From NCBI GenBank assembly GCA_028819215.1, contig JAPPMG010000054.1:14541-78540 (forward strand): a stretch of 64,000 nucleotides of DNA, read 5' to 3'. The notes beneath the pieces are model-generated. The model was not told the origin of the DNA and did no database searches. It worked only from the letters and a program-made list of their open reading frames with translations. The position numbers were made by a program, and so were the translations under genes. Source of the stretch: Bryobacterales bacterium. GTDB taxonomy: Bacteria; Acidobacteriota; Terriglobia; Bryobacterales; UBA6623. Positions 54,638-63,077 of the stretch are shown piece after piece. How positions within the stretch are numbered: position 1 is the first letter of the stretch; every line of letters starts with the position of its first letter.

Positions 54638-55486
54638 TTAGAAGTACCCCCTTGTATGCACGAAGGAGAATAGTTGTTCACGACTCATATAATCCTTCAA
54701 TAACTCGAAGTAGAGCTTCACATACTGGTATAGCCTCGAATTAGCCGAGAGATCTTCGATCTGCAGGCCGACCTCGTCACGTAAGGTCCGTATATCGATT
54801 CCACGTGCGTGGGAATGCCACCTGGAAGTTTCGTTGAGTAGGTCTGCAATCTCCTGTGCTCGTGTCACTTTCATCTCATCTGTGACCGGCTTCTTCCTCG
54901 TTTCAGTATTCGTCCACCCCTTAAACTTGTATGTTGAAAGCCATTTAACTAACAGTTCCACGGACAGCTCTCGGGCCTGCTCAAATTGGTATAATTCACC
55001 AAGATCGAGCTTGCTCAGAAGTGCATATTCTGCCGTGCTGAGGTCATTTGTTGCTGCCTTTTTGTTGAGACGTTCGAACTGATTCAAATAGGAAAGTGCT
55101 GGGACTAATTTCCCGTCTTTCTCGATCTGAGGGTCGATTGGTCCTAAACAAGAGAAATAATCCATCATGATGCGGTCTGCGCTCAAGGCAAATATGGTTC
55201 CGGCAGACATTGCGCGGTCCGGTACGATGACCGCAACTTCATCGAAGGCCCACCGCAGAGTCGTAACAATCCGTTCTACAACTTCGACAATTCCTCCGGG
55301 AGTGTCGAGTATTACAGCTATCGAGTTCTTCTTCTCGGAGAGTTTATCTATTGCGTCTCGTATGCGAAGATCGAGTCCAGGAACTATCGGACTGACAATT
55401 GCAACGACATCTGCGTTCAGTTCGGCACCGATGGTTTCAATGTGAGTGTCTAACTCATGCTTGATCTGTGAATCGACCGGTCTCAT
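54638..55486 (-). CDS. Clp/crotonase-fold serine protease, SDH (serine dehydrogenase proteinase, S49-like) family
   Basis: 282-aa ORF. AVILDTPGGIVEVVERIV...VPDRAMSAGTIFALSADRIMMDYFSCLGPIDPQ matches the ClpP/SppA-like oxyanion and catalytic-Ser layout. No signal peptide or TM segment is present. The gene is markedly AT-richer than its surroundings. Confidence 0.7.
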   Translation of the reverse strand: MRPVDSQIKHELDTHIETIGAELNADVVAIVSPIVPGLDLRIRDAIDKLSEKKNSIAVILDTPGGIVEVVERIVTTLRWAFDEVAVIVPDRAMSAGTIFALSADRIMMDYFSCLGPIDPQIEKDGKLVPALSYLNQFERLNKKAATNDLSTAEYALLSKLDLGELYQFEQARELSVELLVKWLSTYKFKGWTNTETRKKPVTDEMKVTRAQEIADLLNETSRWHSHARGIDIRTLRDEVGLQIEDLSANSRLYQYVKLYFELLKDYMSREQLFSFVHTRGYF

Positions 55487-55788
55487 CTAGTTACGATTGG
55501 CAACGTGCGGTTCGCAGGAGTCGATCCGAGGTATCAAGGAGCCACGCCGCAATTCGGTGACGTCGAATCCAGACGACACAGTGTGATCTCAGACCCCTGC
55601 CTTCTAAGTGTACGTTATCTATGGTTGCACGATGGGATATGTCAATGGGCGTGGACGGGCAAGGCCAACGAGACGTCTTCCCAGCAGCGACATGGCTTCG
55701 TATCGACGAGTGGAAGACTTCGAAACGATGCCGTGGACGTCCACGCGACCGGCTTGAAGATCCTGCACGTTCGTCCGAGGCTGAAGTT

Positions 55789-56577
55789 ATGATTCGTGAC
55801 ACAGACGCACTCCGAGCCCTATTGTGCGAGAGCCTCGGCCAAGAAGTGCAAGTCGAACCGCGCCCGGATGGTGCGCTCATGTTGCGCACACACTTTGCGT
55901 TTCCCGATGGCGACCGCCTACCGATTCATGTCTCCATATCAGCGTCGGGCGGCCTTCGACTGTCAGACCGTGGGCATACGCTGATGCGCATCAGTTACGA
56001 CCACGATGTCGACTCATTCATGGACGGTACGCGCGGAATGATCCTAGAGCGCATCATGGGGGAAACCGGGCTTCGCTGGGATGGCGATGGTGGCGTGCTC
56101 TGCGTTGACACCGAGTTCGAGAGCCTACCAGAAGCTATCTTCGCCTTCGGGCAAGCGCTGACAAGGGTCTATGACCTGACGCTGCTCTCCCGTTCCAATG
56201 TCGACTCAACTTTCTATGACGACTTAGCCGACCTCCTCTTCAGATATGTGGGCGAAGCGCAAATCGAACGCGACTTCCAGCCGGCTGTGCCCAGTGCTGA
56301 CGCCTATCCGGTGGACTATCGGATAGAAGGGAAGAGCGGCGTCCCGCTTTTCCTGTTTGGTGTACCGAACCGCGATAAGGTGCGCTTAACTACCATCGTG
56401 TTGTCGCACTTCCACAGGCACGAGTTGCATTTCGAGTCGATTCTTGTTTTTCAAGACCAAGCCGCGATTCCGAGGTTGGACCTTGCGAGGCTATCAGACG
56501 TTGGTGGAGACATGATTTCGTCGCTGGCTTCGCACGACGACTTGAATCGGAAGCTCCTCCAACGCGTCGCAGCTTGA
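55789..56577 (+). CDS. DUF1828/DUF1829-like protein
   Basis: Track ORF 55621..56577 trimmed to ATG 55789 (MIRDTDALRALLCESLG...). The pattern LRTHFAFPDGDRLPIHVSISASGGLRLSDRGHTLMRI resembles DUF1828 as I recall it. The assignment is tentative. Confidence 0.55.
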   Translation: MIRDTDALRALLCESLGQEVQVEPRPDGALMLRTHFAFPDGDRLPIHVSISASGGLRLSDRGHTLMRISYDHDVDSFMDGTRGMILERIMGETGLRWDGDGGVLCVDTEFESLPEAIFAFGQALTRVYDLTLLSRSNVDSTFYDDLADLLFRYVGEAQIERDFQPAVPSADAYPVDYRIEGKSGVPLFLFGVPNRDKVRLTTIVLSHFHRHELHFESILVFQDQAAIPRLDLARLSDVGGDMISSLASHDDLNRKLLQRVAA

Positions 56578-56606
56578 CAGCGTTCGCGGTCTCTTCCTGA
56601 TAGTCG

Positions 56607-57329
56607 TCAGCGGAACGTTACCAGATCCGGGGACGAGGCTAGGTGTGGCGTCTCGTTGAAGGCGTCCAGCGAGAAGCGCGAACCTTGGTACAGGAAGCTT
56701 GTCAGTGACGAGTTGCGGACCCGCCAGTTGATGTCCAGCGCGGCACGTGCCGGGGCTCCCAGGCATGATTGCAGGGCTACGCCGATCGGGCCTCCAGACG
56801 TGAATGCGACGAGGCGCAGCCCTCGCCCTGGCGTGTCGCGCAGCTGTGCCAGCGTCGTCTCGACTCGCTCCCTGAACTGCTGCCATGGAACGAGGTCCGG
56901 TTCCTGCATTTTGCCTTCGACCCAGCGCTCCATCACTGCCTCGAACATTCGCTGGAAGGGACGGTTGCGGTCCGCGCTGTCCCTGCCATCCAGCCACGCC
57001 TGCCACAGCGGCGCGAAAGACGGGTCCGTGGCAGCCAGACGCGGAGCGACTTCGGCGATTACGTCTTGGGCCTCGTATTCGTCCAGGCCGGGTAGCTCGG
57101 TCGCGGCTGGGAAGTCGCCTCCGTCGCCCCCATACCCTTGGGCTGCTGCTTCGTACGATTCTCGCTGGCGCCGCAGGCTTCCGTGAAACGCCAGATCAAA
57201 GCGGATGCCGTGGGACTTCCAATATCGCCCGAGAATCTGGCACTGCTGCCAGCCTGTTTCTGACAGCCGGTCTGGGTCGTCGGTAAACGCACACGCTTGC
57301 CCGTGGCGCACCAAGACTAGTCTGCCCAT
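56607..57329 (-). CDS. histidine phosphatase family protein (phosphoglycerate-mutase-like)
   Basis: 240-aa ORF with the N-terminal RHG motif LVLVRHGQ and the downstream HGSLRR. Confidence 0.85.
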   Translation of the reverse strand: MGRLVLVRHGQACAFTDDPDRLSETGWQQCQILGRYWKSHGIRFDLAFHGSLRRQRESYEAAAQGYGGDGGDFPAATELPGLDEYEAQDVIAEVAPRLAATDPSFAPLWQAWLDGRDSADRNRPFQRMFEAVMERWVEGKMQEPDLVPWQQFRERVETTLAQLRDTPGRGLRLVAFTSGGPIGVALQSCLGAPARAALDINWRVRNSSLTSFLYQGSRFSLDAFNETPHLASSPDLVTFR

Positions 57330-57367
57330 GCCGAATGCGCTCGCTCCTCGACGGGTGTCGTGCCCGC

Positions 57368-58813
57368 CTAGGCCAAGAGCGGTTGGATGATATTCCCGCC
57401 GACGTCGGTGAGTCGAAAGTCCCTGCCGCGAAAACGGAACGTGAGCCTTTCGTGGTCAATGCCCAGCAGGTGCAGGATCGTGGCTTGGACATCATGCACA
57501 TGCACGGGATCCTTGACGGCGGCGAATCCGATTTCGTCGGTCTCGCCGATATTCTGTCCCGGCTTCGTGCCGCCGCCGGCGAACCACATGGTGAACGCGT
57601 CGATGTGATGGTTCCTGCCAACGGTATCGCGAACCTCGCCCATCGGCGTGCGACCGAATTCGCCGCCCCAAACCACCAGCGTGTCTTCCAGCATTCCGCG
57701 CTGCTTCAGATCCATGATCAGGGCCTTGCAGGCCTGGTCGGCCGACAGGCAGACCTCATCCAGATCCTTGTCGAGAGTCTCGCCCGGACCGCCGTGGTGG
57801 TCCCAACTCGAGTGGTAGAGCTGCACAAAGCGCACGCCGCGCTCAACCAAGCGCCTCGCGAGCAGGCAGTTGTTGGCGAATGACCGCTCTCCGGGCTTGA
57901 CTCCGTAGAGGTCGAGAGTCGCCTGCGACTCGGTGGAGAAGTCGATCAGCTCCGGCCCGCTGGTTTGCATTCGGTGCGCCATTTCGTAGGCGGAGATGCG
58001 AGTCTCGATCTCCGGGTCGCCGGCTTGCTCCAAGTTGAGCCGGTTCAGGTCGAGGATCGCTTCGACGGTTGCAGCCTGCCGTTCGGACTCGAAGCCGGCG
58101 GGGCTGGTCATGTTGAGAATGGGCGCGCCTCCGCCGAGGAATGGAACGCCTTGGTGCGCGGTCGGCAGAAAGCCGCTGGTCCAGTTCATCGCGCCGCCGC
58201 GCGGCCCGCGCGGCCCCGATTGCAACACCACGAAGCTCGGCAGGTCTTCGGCTTCGCTGCCGATGCCGTAACTGACCCAAGCTCCCATGCTGGGACGCCC
58301 GAAAAACGGCGTGCCCGTGTTCATGAAGATCTTGGCCGGGGCGTGGTTGAAGTTCTCAGTGTGGACCGTGCGCACGAAGGTGACGTCATCCACGATTTGG
58401 GCGGTGTGGGGCAAGCACTCCGATACCCACTGGCCGGACTCGCCGTGCTGAGCGAACTTGCGCCGAGTGCCCAGCAGCTTCGGCGGGTTGTGGGTGAACG
58501 ACTCCATGAACGCGAAGCGCTTGCCTTCCATCAGCGACGGCGGCAGCGGCTGGCCGCTGAGCTTTTGCAGTTCGGGCTTGGGCTGGAACAGCTCGAACTG
58601 GCTGGGAGCTCCCGCCATGAACAGGTAGATGATGCTCTTCGCCCGCGGGCTGTGATGCATGCCGCGCCGCTCGGCGGGATTGGCATAGAGCGAATCGCCC
58701 ACGAAGAGAGAGGTCAGCCCTAGCTTGCCCAAGCCGACGCCGCAGTCTTGGAAGAGCTGGCGCCGGGTCCGCTGTCTCAGCACGGCGCGGTGGAGGTCGG
58801 TCGGGGGATTCAT
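57368..58813 (-). CDS. DUF1501 domain protein with twin-arginine signal (paralog 2)
   Basis: Track ORF (TTG 58834) trimmed to ATG 58813, 4 nt after the upstream gene's stop. TAT motif RTRRQLFQDCGVGLGKLGL. It is collinear with 44880..46295. Confidence 0.85.
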   Translation of the reverse strand: MNPPTDLHRAVLRQRTRRQLFQDCGVGLGKLGLTSLFVGDSLYANPAERRGMHHSPRAKSIIYLFMAGAPSQFELFQPKPELQKLSGQPLPPSLMEGKRFAFMESFTHNPPKLLGTRRKFAQHGESGQWVSECLPHTAQIVDDVTFVRTVHTENFNHAPAKIFMNTGTPFFGRPSMGAWVSYGIGSEAEDLPSFVVLQSGPRGPRGGAMNWTSGFLPTAHQGVPFLGGGAPILNMTSPAGFESERQAATVEAILDLNRLNLEQAGDPEIETRISAYEMAHRMQTSGPELIDFSTESQATLDLYGVKPGERSFANNCLLARRLVERGVRFVQLYHSSWDHHGGPGETLDKDLDEVCLSADQACKALIMDLKQRGMLEDTLVVWGGEFGRTPMGEVRDTVGRNHHIDAFTMWFAGGGTKPGQNIGETDEIGFAAVKDPVHVHDVQATILHLLGIDHERLTFRFRGRDFRLTDVGGNIIQPLLA

Positions 58814-58817
58814 CGCG

Positions 58818-61334
58818 CTATTGCCTCGTAACAAACTCGTCTAGGTTGAGCATCACTCGGGCGGCGGCCGTCCAAGCCGCCCCGCTGGCGGTGTCGGCCC
58901 CGGTCTTGCGCAGCGCTTCTGCGTCCGTGGCGAACGCATCGGTCATGTGGCTCAGGAAGCCTGCCAGCCGCTCCGTCTCTGGTGCCCGGGGCTGTCGGGC
59001 CAGGCAGATCTCGAAGGCTCGCCGAATGCGCTCTTCGCGATCGTCCGAGTACTCGCGAATGCGGGTTGCCAAGGCGCTCGCGAATTCGGTCTGTGACTCG
59101 TCGTTGAGCAGCGTCAGCGCCTGCAGCGGCGTGTTGGAGCGATTCCGGCGCGTGACGCTCTCCTGGGCGATCGGGGCATCGAACAGGATGAGCCCGGGGT
59201 GTGCCGCGGACCGGATGAAGTACGTGTACATGCCCCGCCGGAAACGGCTCTGCCCCTCGTCGGCCTTCCAGTTTCGATCCACCTGCGTGAACTGCCCGGC
59301 GCCTGCGGGTTGGGGCGGGTACACGCTGGGACCGCCCACGGCCGGCGCCAGCAGGCCGGACGCCGACAGCGCGGCATCGCGAATAATCTCCGCTTCTAGG
59401 CGGAGCCGGTTCTGGCGCGCCAGCAGCCGGTTGCCCGGGTCGACCGCAGCGGCATCGGCGCGATGGGCGGAAGCTTGGCGGTAGGTGGCCGAGTGCAGGA
59501 TCAGCCGGTGCATTTGCTTAAGATCCCAGCCGCTACGCACGAATTCCGAGGCCAGCCAGTCCAGCAGCTTCGGATGGCTGGGCGGATTGCCCTGGGTGCC
59601 GAAGTCGTTCTCCGTCTCGACGATTCCGATGCCGAAGTAGCGTTGCCAGAGTCGGTTCATGGTCACCCGCGGCGTGAGCGGATTGTCGTCGGCGACCAGC
59701 CAGCGGGCTAGGCCCAGCCGATTACGCGGTAGGTCGGGCCGCATCGCGGGCAGGACTCGCAGCGTACCCGGCTCGATCGCGTCGCCGCGACGGGTGAAGT
59801 CTCCCTGCACGTGGAGGTAGGCATCGCGCGGCTCCGGGAGGTCGCGCATGACCATCGTCCATGGGATCTTGGGCAGCTTCTTGCTGAGTTCGCCGATCTC
59901 TTTCAGCTTGGCCTCGAACTCGGGCACGCGGCTGGCGAATACCCGCTGCAACACGCTGTCTTGGACGGACGAGCGATCCTCCGGAGCCAAGGCGATGATG
60001 TCGCGGGCTCGTTCGATGTCTTCCATCTCGCCCGGAGGGAAGCGTTCACTCCAAGTTGCCTCTAGCGATGAGCTCAGGTCTTCGAGTTCGCCCTCCAGGC
60101 GGCCCAGCTCGCTCCGCACCGAGTCGCGCTCGGCCAGCGCGGCAGGCTCGGCCAGCTCGAGGATCGGATCCATCATGCGGCGGCGGCCCTCGCGCTCTTC
60201 GAGATTGCCTCCGATCTCGTCGACGTTGTTGAAAAAGGCGAAGACCTGGTAGAACTCGCGCTGCGAGATCGGATCGAACTTGTGGTCGTGGCAGCGCGCG
60301 CAGCCAAGCGTGAGCCCCAAGAAGGCTGCGCCAGTCGTACGGACGCGGTCGACCACCGCCTCGACACGATACTGTTCGAAGTCGGTGCCGCCCTCTTGGT
60401 TGATCATCGTATTGCGGTGGAAGCCGGTGGCGATGAGCTGGTCGCGCGTGGGATCAGGCAGCAAATCGCCGGCGACCTGTTCGATCACGAATTGATCAAA
60501 CGAAAGATTCTCGTTGAAGGCATTGATCACCCAATCGCGGTAGGGCCAGATCGAGCGTGGGCCGTCGATCGAGTAGCCGTTGGTGTCGGCATAGCGGGCG
60601 ATGTCGAGCCAGTGTCTGCCCCAGCGTTCGCCGTAGTGAGGAGACTCGAGCAGTCGCTCCACGAGGCGGCCGTACGCGCCGGGCTGGTTGTCCTCCAAGA
60701 AGGAGCGGACTTCTTCTGGCGTAGGCAGCAGTCCGGTCAGGTCGAGGGTAGTTCTGCGAATCAGAGTGCGGCGGTCGGCTGCGGGCGAAGGCTTCAAGGC
60801 TTCCTGTTCAAGCCTGCTCAGGATGAATGCGTCGATCGGGTTGCGACCCCACGCCGCGTTGCGCACTTGAGGCGGCTCGTGACGCACCACGGGCTTGAAC
60901 GACCACAGCGCCTCGGACGCTTGCGGATCACCTGCCGGGCGGCCCCACGCGGCGCCTCCCTGGACCCAGGCGCGCAGAGCATCGACCTCGGAGGCTGGCA
61001 GCGCTCCCGTCGGCGGCATCTTCAGGGCGCCGCTTTGTTCGACGGCTGCGATCAGGACGCTGTCGGACGGACTGCCTGGCACCAAGCTCGGCCCGCGAGA
61101 GCCACCCCGGAGCAGTGATTCCCGGGACGTCATCGCCAGCCCGCCGCTAGCAACCGTATCGTTGTGGCAGCTCTGACACTTAGCGGCAAGCAGCGGTCGG
61201 ACTTCCTCTTCGAAGAAGCGACTGCCGTCATCTTGCGCGCAAAGGCTGGGGACGACGCATAACACGCCCCACCAACTAAGCGCCCGTTTCATCGCTGCCA
61301 ACATTCTACCCGATGACCCGGAGGTCTGAGACAT
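58818..61334 (-). CDS. PSCyt/DUF1549/DUF1553 protein (paralog 2)
   Basis: 838-aa ORF with CQSCHN near the N-terminus and GCARCHDHKFDPISQREFY centrally. ATG 61292 (MKRALSWWGVLCVV...) is an alternative start. Confidence 0.85.
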   Translation of the reverse strand: MSQTSGSSGRMLAAMKRALSWWGVLCVVPSLCAQDDGSRFFEEEVRPLLAAKCQSCHNDTVASGGLAMTSRESLLRGGSRGPSLVPGSPSDSVLIAAVEQSGALKMPPTGALPASEVDALRAWVQGGAAWGRPAGDPQASEALWSFKPVVRHEPPQVRNAAWGRNPIDAFILSRLEQEALKPSPAADRRTLIRRTTLDLTGLLPTPEEVRSFLEDNQPGAYGRLVERLLESPHYGERWGRHWLDIARYADTNGYSIDGPRSIWPYRDWVINAFNENLSFDQFVIEQVAGDLLPDPTRDQLIATGFHRNTMINQEGGTDFEQYRVEAVVDRVRTTGAAFLGLTLGCARCHDHKFDPISQREFYQVFAFFNNVDEIGGNLEEREGRRRMMDPILELAEPAALAERDSVRSELGRLEGELEDLSSSLEATWSERFPPGEMEDIERARDIIALAPEDRSSVQDSVLQRVFASRVPEFEAKLKEIGELSKKLPKIPWTMVMRDLPEPRDAYLHVQGDFTRRGDAIEPGTLRVLPAMRPDLPRNRLGLARWLVADDNPLTPRVTMNRLWQRYFGIGIVETENDFGTQGNPPSHPKLLDWLASEFVRSGWDLKQMHRLILHSATYRQASAHRADAAAVDPGNRLLARQNRLRLEAEIIRDAALSASGLLAPAVGGPSVYPPQPAGAGQFTQVDRNWKADEGQSRFRRGMYTYFIRSAAHPGLILFDAPIAQESVTRRNRSNTPLQALTLLNDESQTEFASALATRIREYSDDREERIRRAFEICLARQPRAPETERLAGFLSHMTDAFATDAEALRKTGADTASGAAWTAAARVMLNLDEFVTRQ

Positions 61335-61694
61335 ATCTTGGGGGAGTGTAGCGTGATCGATTCCGCCTTCTATGCAGGTCGATAGAGCACTCTATCGTGC
61401 GGGATAAGCATCAGATTATGAAGCAGTTAACTAGGTCTAGAGACCTGTTTGAGGCCTAGTTCGGAGAGCGCCTGCGCGGCTCACGCCGTCTCTGCGAAAC
61501 CGAAGATTAATGGACCCTGGCGGTGGTCCGATTGCGCTGGCACGAGTGCAGCTATTGACTCCAACTCCGGCTGTCGGCAGCGCTGCCGATCGCAAATGTG
61601 CAGGGTTTCGGGGCGTTTCCGCTACGAGCTTCGGCCTCGCTCACCGGTGGAGCCGCGCTCGAGGACAGCTATCTGCGGCTGCTCGGAGGCTGGC

Positions 61695-61916
61695 TCATGT
61701 GGATTCCCACAAATTGCCGAGCATGTCGTAGATGGCGTCGATCACATCGACATCGAAGAACTGCTCTAGGACGGCATACGCGATGATGATCGCGATACCG
61801 ATCTTCTTCCACGCCAAGTGGAACAGTTGTTCGATCGGGCCGCGCTCTGGCTGAACCTCTAGCTCTGATCGACCGGTCCCTATGGATTCGTCTAGACCCT
61901 TGCGAGTCTTTGTCAC
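61695..61916 (-). CDS. small hypothetical protein with one hydrophobic segment
   Basis: 73-aa ORF with the hydrophobic segment KKIGIAIIIAYAVL. It is AT-richer than its neighbours and lies downstream of, and co-directional with, the lipoprotein gene. Support is weak. Confidence 0.35.
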   Translation of the reverse strand: MTKTRKGLDESIGTGRSELEVQPERGPIEQLFHLAWKKIGIAIIIAYAVLEQFFDVDVIDAIYDMLGNLWEST

Positions 61917-62025
61917 TTGATTAGTCTCCCGAGTGTGGCCGCTTGACAGGTGCCAGATGAAACCGCGGACAGGATTCTAGCAGCGTTCGGCGGGCCTCCC
62001 AACGTATGGGCGAATGGAGATCCCG

Positions 62026-62511
62026 CTAGTTCAGATAGCCCGCGATCACGCGCCCGGCCTGGTCGGCATCCTCCAGTTCCAAGCCTGTGACTACGATCAG
62101 ATACCTGTTCTTCTGGAAAACCAGCGTCGGGGTTTCCCCGACCATTCCGTAGAAGCCGCCGAAGTGCGGGACGAACTTCTGATCGCTCAGCGCGTCCCGA
62201 TAGTCCATCGACAGGAACATGGCCGCGTCAGCGTTGCTCCGCAGCGTGAAACAGACTTGGTACTTCTTGCCGCCTTTTTCGTACTCGGCGAAATTGCCTC
62301 CCGGCATGAAATCCTGGCCGCACAGGTTGTCTTGCACGACCTTGGCCTCCACTAGGCCGTCCTTGTTGAAGCGGTAGGTCTCATCTCGGATCTCTTCCGC
62401 AGGCTTTTGCTCGGCGGCCTGCTCGCTCGCCGGGCCGCTGTCTTCCGTGCTCGAACCGCATGAGCCCAGCATCAGCGCCGTGCCGAGCAAGATTACTATC
62501 TCTGTGCGCAT
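62026..62511 (-). CDS. putative lipoprotein
   Basis: 161-aa ORF. The signal peptide MRTEIVILLGTALMLGSC has a lipobox cysteine and is followed by a Ser/Glu-rich linker. No family named. Confidence 0.6.
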   Translation of the reverse strand: MRTEIVILLGTALMLGSCGSSTEDSGPASEQAAEQKPAEEIRDETYRFNKDGLVEAKVVQDNLCGQDFMPGGNFAEYEKGGKKYQVCFTLRSNADAAMFLSMDYRDALSDQKFVPHFGGFYGMVGETPTLVFQKNRYLIVVTGLELEDADQAGRVIAGYLN

Positions 62512-62636
62512 CGGATTGCCCTACCTGCTCAATGATCGCATGGAAATCGCCGTCATCGCGCGACACGGATCGAAGCAGAGACGATGCCTGGCCAAATTTG
62601 TTGTAATGGAGCGTCAGCAGCGAAGGAGCCGCCCAG

Positions 62637-63056
62637 ATGTGGCGTTCTGACGGGACTAGCATGGCCGATCCCTTGCAAGTGCGTATGTTGCGTTCGGATG
62701 TCGACGCGTGGAATCGCTGGCGGGCGGAGAACCCTACCGTGCGGGTCGATCTCAGGGATTGCGACCTGACCCAGTCGGACCTGCGCTTGGCGAACCTGCG
62801 CGATGCCGACCTGCGCGAGGTGGTGCTGGTCCTCGCGAACCTCTCGGGTGCCGACTTGCGGGGTGCTGACTTGCGTAACGCGAACCTGGTGGGCGCGCGC
62901 ATGATCGGAGTCGACATCGCCGACACCGATCTTCGCGGCGCGGATCTGCGCACGGCCGAGGACTTGACGCCGGAGCAGATGCTTGCCACGCGCGGCGATC
63001 ACACCACGGTCCTGCCCGAGCCACTGGAACCCCCGGCCCACTGGCCAGCGCGCTGA
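62637..63056 (+). CDS. pentapeptide-repeat protein
   Basis: 139-aa ORF with AAGGAG 8 nt upstream of the ATG. It has a run of A(D/N)LxX repeats (DLRDCDLTQSDLRLANLRDADLREVVLVLANLSGADLRGADLRNANLVGARM). Confidence 0.8.
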   Translation: MWRSDGTSMADPLQVRMLRSDVDAWNRWRAENPTVRVDLRDCDLTQSDLRLANLRDADLREVVLVLANLSGADLRGADLRNANLVGARMIGVDIADTDLRGADLRTAEDLTPEQMLATRGDHTTVLPEPLEPPAHWPAR

Positions 63057-63077
63057 CGGGCTGCGCCCGTCACGCCG

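Noticed and set aside
55491-55889. 132-aa minus-strand ORF in the divergent promoter region.
   Set aside because: It is Ser/Arg-rich, overlaps the start of the DUF1828-like gene, and has no ribosome-binding site or motifs.
62381-63041. Minus-strand ORFs of 202 aa and 162 aa overlapping the pentapeptide-repeat gene.
   Set aside because: Repeat DNA keeps several frames open. Only the plus frame gives canonical A(D/N)LxX pentapeptide repeats, and only it has an AAGGAG ribosome-binding site 8 nt upstream.
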